DNA of 64,000 nt, taken from Amoebidium appalachense (lineage: Eukaryota; Protista; Ichthyosporea). Positions within the stretch are counted from its first letter, which is position 1. Every line of letters begins with the position of its first letter. The notes beneath the pieces were generated by a model. It was given only the letters and a program-made list of their open reading frames with translations, was not told the DNA's origin and made no database searches. Location: contig CAVNZM010000001.1 of assembly GCA_963693365.1 (NCBI GenBank), positions 17,045,840 to 17,109,839 on the forward strand, in the 5' to 3' direction. A program made the position numbers and the translations under genes. Shown one piece after another: positions 57,522 to 64,000 of this stretch.

Positions 57522-57918
57522 GCATGTGGAACAAGGGTTATACTAAGAGAGCAGAAAGGAGGGTATAGCACAAACGTTGTGTGCAGGACATCGGTACACA
57601 TGCTCACGTGTGCATACAGATGTATCCCTTTCTGTCTGTGTCCATAACTTACGCATGTACCTAGAGCATAGGACAGATCGAGATAGTTGTGCTGTTGTTG
57701 TGTGTGTGTGGGTGTATGTGCACGCACGTGTGTGTGCGCGTGCGTGTGTGCGCGCGTACGTGCGGGGAAACGGGGAGGGGGGGAGGGAATACGCAGCAAA
57801 AAAAGAGCTTTTATTCATCGTCGTCTTCCCTTCCTTCTTTCTTTTCCTTTCTTTTCTTTTCTTTCTTTCTTTTTTCTTTGGCTTTTTTTTTTTTTTTTTT
57901 TGTGCGTGTGCATGTGTG

Positions 57919-57968
<50 letters not shown>

Positions 57969-58697
57969 TGTGTGTGGGAAGGGGGGGGGGGGGGGGGGGG
58001 GGGGAGGGGGGGGGGGGGGGGGGGAGGGCAATGGCAGACACCAATATTAGTTATTGGGTACCAGAACTTCGCCTATTTAGGTAAGTTGAATGGGTGCACC
58101 AGCATGGAACAGTTGACTTGGTGGGTATGGGTGAAAAAGGAGCAGTATAGAACAGACCAACAGGGGGAGCAACGACTTCCAGGAAGAAGGGGGGGCAGGG
58201 GGGAGGAGGGGGGGGGGGGGCACGGAACCGAGCACACAGAAACATGAGAAAGAGCACAGAATAACTTGCAACCAAACACGGGTGCCACGACATCGACAAG
58301 TGCCATCCCATATCCTCAGCAACGGGGAATTGCCCGCGCGTGGGGGGGGGGGGGGGGGGGGGAGTGATGTGTGCGTTAGAGGGTTGGAAATATGGAGGAG
58401 ACAACAAAGAGCAACAACAAAAAGTCGCATAAGTGGGAAATCCAAAATCAAACAATTTATGCGTGCAGGCAGAAGACACTTGAACAGAGCCCATCATCAG
58501 GGGGGTTCCTATGCCTCCACAAAAGCATGGGTTTCGACTCTTTAACCTCTCGCGCGTGGTTCCTAACCCATACTTTGTTTCAACAGCAATAGGCGAGTCC
58601 ATTCGTCTTGGCCAAACGCGAGCAGGGTTGTTCAAGCAGCAATCTAAGAAAACGGAGTCTACAAAAACTGCAAGCAGACAAAAAGGGGGGGATGGGG

Positions 58698-58730
<33 letters not shown>

Positions 58731-59115
58731 GTGGTTGATGGATGGTTGTGCAGCAGAACAATCCAGAACAATCCAGAACACGGCCACGTGCACTCACCTC
58801 ACACTCACTGCTGTGGGCCACATCAGGCTCAGGGAACTCAGACTTGAAATGGGTGTCCGTGGGTTCAAGAACAGACGTGTAGTGCTGGAAATCACGAAGT
58901 CCACTAAAAGAGAGAAAGGGGGGAGGGAGGGGAGGGGGGAGGGTCAGAACTCAGAATGCAGCACAACTTGCCCGGGGTATGGAATGTGATAAGGGAACGA
59001 TAGAGTGTATGTAACGGACAGCGGGGGGGCAACCGGGGCGCCGTGGAGGGGAGGGGTGGGGAGAGGAAGGGTAGGGGGAAGGGCATGTCTTATGCGGAAA
59101 GACGATGACTTGGTG

Positions 59116-59166
<51 letters not shown>

Positions 59167-59879
59167 CGTGCGTGTGTGTGTGTGCGTGTGTGTGCGTGTT
59201 TGGGTCCCGGAGGGGGGGTGGGGATGGGGGGGGTAGGGGGGGGGGGGGGGGGGGGGGGGGCACACTCTTTCCGTGTACACAAAAACGAAATGCTGTGTAG
59301 TAGAGAATTATGCACAATGGTACATGTATTTCTTTCGGGGGGAAAACTTGGGGGGGGGGGGAGGAGGGGGAGGGGGGGGGGAGGGGATGATAAAGATGGC
59401 TTTGTGAGTTAGGCCGAGAGTTGTGTGTGACATTCCGGCTCATAGAAGTGTGAGCGGGACGAATCCTCCCTCCTAACATAATGTTTTTACGTATTTCTTC
59501 CATTTCAAGCTTACATTTTCGAGGAAGGCTCACGGAAGAAGGGGGGGGGGGGGGGGGGGGGGGGGGGGGAGGGGGGCTCTATGTTTCGGCGTGAGGGAGG
59601 GGGCGGAGGGGAGGGCGGGATCCAAGAAATTGTGATGGAAAACTCACCTGCACGGCTGCTGGTGGCTGCACCTTGACATGCGCTCGACCACCTCGCTGAA
59701 GCTGTGGAAATTGACAATCTCGCGCTGCAGAAAAGGCTGCCAGTTGACCTGCAATGGAATCATTGCGTTAAATTTTAACGCATGTTAAACATTGGCAGAA
59801 GAATTTTCTCTATGAGTGAGGCTCTTTTCCTCTATCTTGCAAGAGAAGGGGTCAAGATGTGTATGTGTGTGTTTGTGGT

Positions 59880-59927
<48 letters not shown>

Positions 59928-60379
59928 GGTTGACACAAAACAATCAACTGTGGAGGTCTATGAGTGGTGTGGCACAAGGAGAGGTGGAAGGAAGAACAAG
60001 TCCAGAAGGACGAGGCTGGGTGAGTAGGAAGGCAGGAGGCCGGAGGCAGTGGTGGTGGTGGTGGTGGGTGGTGGTGGGGGGGGGAGGGGCTGAAGGTAGA
60101 CCGGGGGGGGGGAGGGGGGAGGGGGGAGAGGGGTGGGAGGGGTGGGACGGGGAGGGGGGAGGGGGGGGGGGAAGAACATAAAAGGAGGGGAGGGAGGGGG
60201 GGCAACACTCAAAAGAAAAAAGCAACAAAGAAACACCATGTGTGTGAAAAAACGGTTGTGACTGGTGACAAGAACTTGTGCCTTCTTAGTCACTCGTTCT
60301 TGTAGCGGATAGGCTGCTTTTTAAAAAAGCCGGGACGGAAGGCTGGCGGGAGGCCGAGGGAGAAGGGGCGCGGAGGGGG

Positions 60380-60420
<41 letters not shown>

Positions 60421-61241
60421 AAGCAAGTGTGGTGCATGCAGATGGGCATGAACACACTCAGAAACAATCAGAGAAACAGGGAGCATGCCGACGCACACAC
60501 CTGCACTGTCATCATCAGGTCCGAGGTGACTCTGATCCTCACTTGGCTATAGAACCCCCAGTCCGGGTGGTAATTCTTTCGCGTAATTTCAAGCGCCCAC
60601 CCTGCAGGGGCTCTTCTCTTGTCCGTTAGCACCGTTTTTAGGTGCACAAGTTGGGTGTCAAACTCTGGCACCTCGACCCCATCGAGGTCTGGGTCGTCTG
60701 TCCTCGTAAACGTCGTGTCTACATATCTCTTGAAGTATTCGAGGTGCCAGCGCTGCTCCAAAAGTTGCTCCAACTGCTTTTTCTGGTCTTTTGATAGCGG
60801 CGTTTCTGCTTCACTCTTGTCCTTCTCCGCCCCGTTCTGTGCCTTCTTTGGCCGATTAAATCGAGAAAGCTCGCCTACAATAGCAGACAAAAGCTGGCTA
60901 AACGCTGCGTGTTTGCTCTCTGCATCGTGCGACACAGACCCTTTCTTTGACAGTGACCCCGTTCCCTCCTTATCGTCCTCCCTCTTTCTCTTCAGTGGTG
61001 GTGGGCTCGAACCCCTTCTTTGCCACCTGCCCGCTGTTGCGGCTGCTGGTGGGAACACCCCTGGTAGACCGGGAGGGGGATAGGGGCCGGGAGGGTATGG
61101 CGAACCGTATGGAACAGGATAGTAGGGGGATAAGTAGTAGGCTACCGGTGGGTGTGTGCCGGCGTAGGGATAGCCTGCGGGGTAGGGGTGGCCAAGAGGT
61201 GGTCGGGTGGGGGCGGAGGCAACCCTCTCGGGGTCTGCCAT
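56963..61241 (-). CDS. Hypothetical 4-exon protein with Pro/Tyr-rich N-terminus, basic NLS-like patch, Cys motif and acidic C-terminus
   Basis: Exons 61241-60501, 59748-59648, 58903-58798, 57415-56963, all GT-AG and phase-consistent. Contains LKRKRE, PCSGLRDF..AHSSECE..RCQKCREF. Confidence 0.75.
58364..58505 (-). repeat. Dispersed repeat family B copy carrying a family-A-like head
   Basis: Reverse complement reads ccccctgatgatgggctctgttcaagtgtcttctgcctgcacgc...ctaacgcacacatca then a C-run. Confidence 0.85.
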
Positions 61242-62174
61242 GTTTGTGCTTGGGTGGTTGCGTGCGGTGGTAACAGGCGACGGGTTAACACGGCGACACA
61301 CCGCCCTTGTGTAGCCCTATGTGTGCGTTAAGGTATACGTACGTGCGTGCGTGCGTGCTCCTTTTTTCGTTTATGTGCGTGTCCCTATGTAGGTGTGTCT
61401 TGGCTGGTACGCTCGGAGGTTCCTTGAGTAAAAGAGGTCTTTAGTTCCATGAATTGAAATGCCGCTAAAACTCTCGTTCGTCAAGTAAACTGCGTGTTGG
61501 CGCCCATCAAAAAGGTACCACAGCTCCAGTATCTACAAACTACACTATATGATTTTTCAAGTTAGTAAGCTGTTAAGGCGAGGCCCAGGATGCAAAACTA
61601 AAAAGGGGGAAAAGGAAAAATTGAAAGCAAATGCCGAACTTGAACTTCGCGAACAGACAGACTGAAGTGAGCCTTAGCTGGTGGCAGCTGCTGGTGGCAA
61701 CGGTTTCTTGGGGCATTTGCGTTTGTAGCGCTCCAACGTTAGCCAATGAAAGCAGTTGGATAAAATGTTTCGACTAAATAACGGATGCTTTAGCCAAATT
61801 TGGCTATCTGCTCTCGATCTAGTCGCAGGTTCCCGAGCGTAATTGCGATATAAATGTTTGTGTCACTTTTGTGCAGAACCTTTATCTCGCAAACATCTAG
61901 ATAAATGTATTTATTTATCTCAGATTCTTCCGTTAGAAATTCGCAGACTAGCTTATTTAGATAATCATGATATTACTTCTATTGACTATCTGTTAAACCA
62001 CCGTATGTTTAACGAGTTTTCTAGGGTGTATGATTATTTGAGTCGTTATCTCCTCCGTATCCGTGAGTAGGGGTTTTTGTATTTTCTTCTCTGAGATATC
62101 TGTGATATCTCCGGATTGCTTCTCTTTTCATGAGCATATCAATAAAGTCATTATATAATATTTTCGAGGTATTC

Positions 62175-62213
<39 letters not shown>

Positions 62214-62539
62214 GGAGGAGGCTAATTTGGACCTATTGCAAAACTAGCCTAGTCAACAGGAACATATGGGCTCCCGCATCATTTGAAACAGAATTCTGAG
62301 ACGTTTGCGGCCATGGTGTAAACGCCATGGGCCATGGCCATGGTGCACGTGTACAACAGAATGTCATGCCCAGGGCCATGGCCATGGTATACATGCTGGT
62401 GTACATGCCATGTGCCACGGCCACCACTGAAACAGAAGTAGTCATGGCTGTCTGATTGCAATACATATACATGCTTTCAGTTCAGATTTATATCAGCTCT
62501 CGCATGCCCTGCGTGCATACCTTCCCCCCTCCCCCCCAC

Positions 62540-62597
<58 letters not shown>

Positions 62598-62626
62598 ACC
62601 ACCACCACCACCACCGCCGTCGCCAC

Positions 62627-62705
<79 letters not shown>

Positions 62706-62760
62706 GTGTCTAACAAGGTGTAAAGGGGGATATCTATAGGGAAGGGGGACCCACCGGCGT

Positions 62761-63229
62761 GGCTGGGGTGAATACCCTGGTCTAAGTGTGTGCAAATAGT
62801 TAGGATTGTTAAAAGTTTGCCAAGTTAGCTTAGCTAATAATACTGTAGCACCCTAGCTAGAGTACTGTCGGTGCTGGGTGGAAGATGGTAGTTCCCCATG
62901 AGCACCCCAAGGGGTCCCTCCGGGAACAAAACGGGATAAACGTTTTTGGAAAAAAAAAGAAACAAAGGGAAAGGGGGAGGTTGGCATAAATCTCGTCTTT
63001 TATCCCGTTCTGTCCCGGGGGGGGGGGGGGGGGGGGGGGGAGGGGAAGAGGGGGGGGGGGGGGGGGGGGCTGCTTAGGGGTCCCTCACGAGAACTACCAT
63101 CGATATCTTTCGCTAAGCATCGACTGTACCCTACCTCCAGGAGTGCTAATAGTGCATTCAGCTAAGCTAACACACCTTTACCAATCCTAACAGCTAGTAC
63201 ACACCTAGCCCAGGGTTTTTGCCCCGGCC
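62761..63229. mobile_element. Degenerate foldback element with long imperfect inverted repeat arms
   Basis: Arm blocks match in inverted order: accctgg, gttaggattg, gttagcttagct, gatggtagtt, acgggataaa versus tttatcccgt, aactaccatc, agctaagctaac, caatcctaac, ccagggt. Confidence 0.75.
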
Positions 63230-64000
63230 TCATTAGTGGAGAGGGTGACATAAAGAGGATAGGGTCAAGGGGGAGGGGGATAAAGGGAAGTTTGGCGGTT
63301 GGGAGGACGGGGGGAGGGGAGGGCTGAAGGTGGGGGAATTGCGCCGGGGAGTTGAGGCACGCTTTTAAAATCTCCTCCAATCATTTACAGCTCTGTCTCG
63401 GGCATCCACTAGGTCTAGGCCCCAAGCTTGCACGTAAATTTTACATCCGGTTTATCTCAGGTGCGTCCATCACAGCCAGGTGGTGGTAGGCGCCTGCAGC
63501 TATTTATTTGTCGAAATTATTCATTTCGGGAAAATAATAATGACCGACTATTTGATTTGTACTACGTGTCAATGTATGTCCTCGTATACGATATCAGTTA
63601 TTATCATAGTGATGCCCATAAAGCAGAGGAAAACCTAATGCTAAACAAAACCACAGTCCGGTCCCAGCCAATCAATTCATTCCTTTATGTAATCACCTCT
63701 TAATGTTTACGCTAACCTTCCGAATTGAATGTTTACGTTACCCGTTTCTTTCCAGACTTGTGCTATCCCCAACGCCACTACCCCCTTATAACGGCTGCAA
63801 TACCAAAAAAAAACTTGCACTCCTGCCTAAGTCTCGCAATCATTCAACCAACTAATCACATCCACCGATTATATTTTACGCCAGTACGGTGTAAATGGCT
63901 GCCACAACCGCAGCCACCACACACCGCATCCCAACCACCACTGATTCCGCCGCATTTCGCTGAGGGGCAGTTATCCCACCATCCCCACCAGTGCCTGGCA

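Overview
Eukaryotic, intron-rich genomic DNA. An opisthokont protist is likely, but this is inferred only from the MIR-domain PMT gene. Nearly all ORFs in the supplied track are artefacts of poly-C/poly-G, (CA)n/(TG)n and (CT)n tracts. Hand-splicing gives six genes: a 3'-truncated ABCC/MRP transporter (-), an intronless Cys-rich type I membrane protein (-), an 18-exon EF-hand+PH+kinase closely resembling apicomplexan CDPK7 (-), an intronless 2-TM PPxY protein (+), a 12-exon protein O-mannosyltransferase (+) and a 4-exon unknown Cys-motif protein (-). The most striking biology is in the introns. About 14 of 49 acceptors sit directly at the end of CA-rich or pure (CA)n tracts with no polypyrimidine tract. 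Two of these appear to end in CG rather than AG. C-runs and CA tracts follow the transcribed strand. A family of ~140-nt poly-C-tailed elements is in host-sense orientation in every intronic copy. Two TA-flanked MITEs, a foldback element and a possible nascent microexon are also present.
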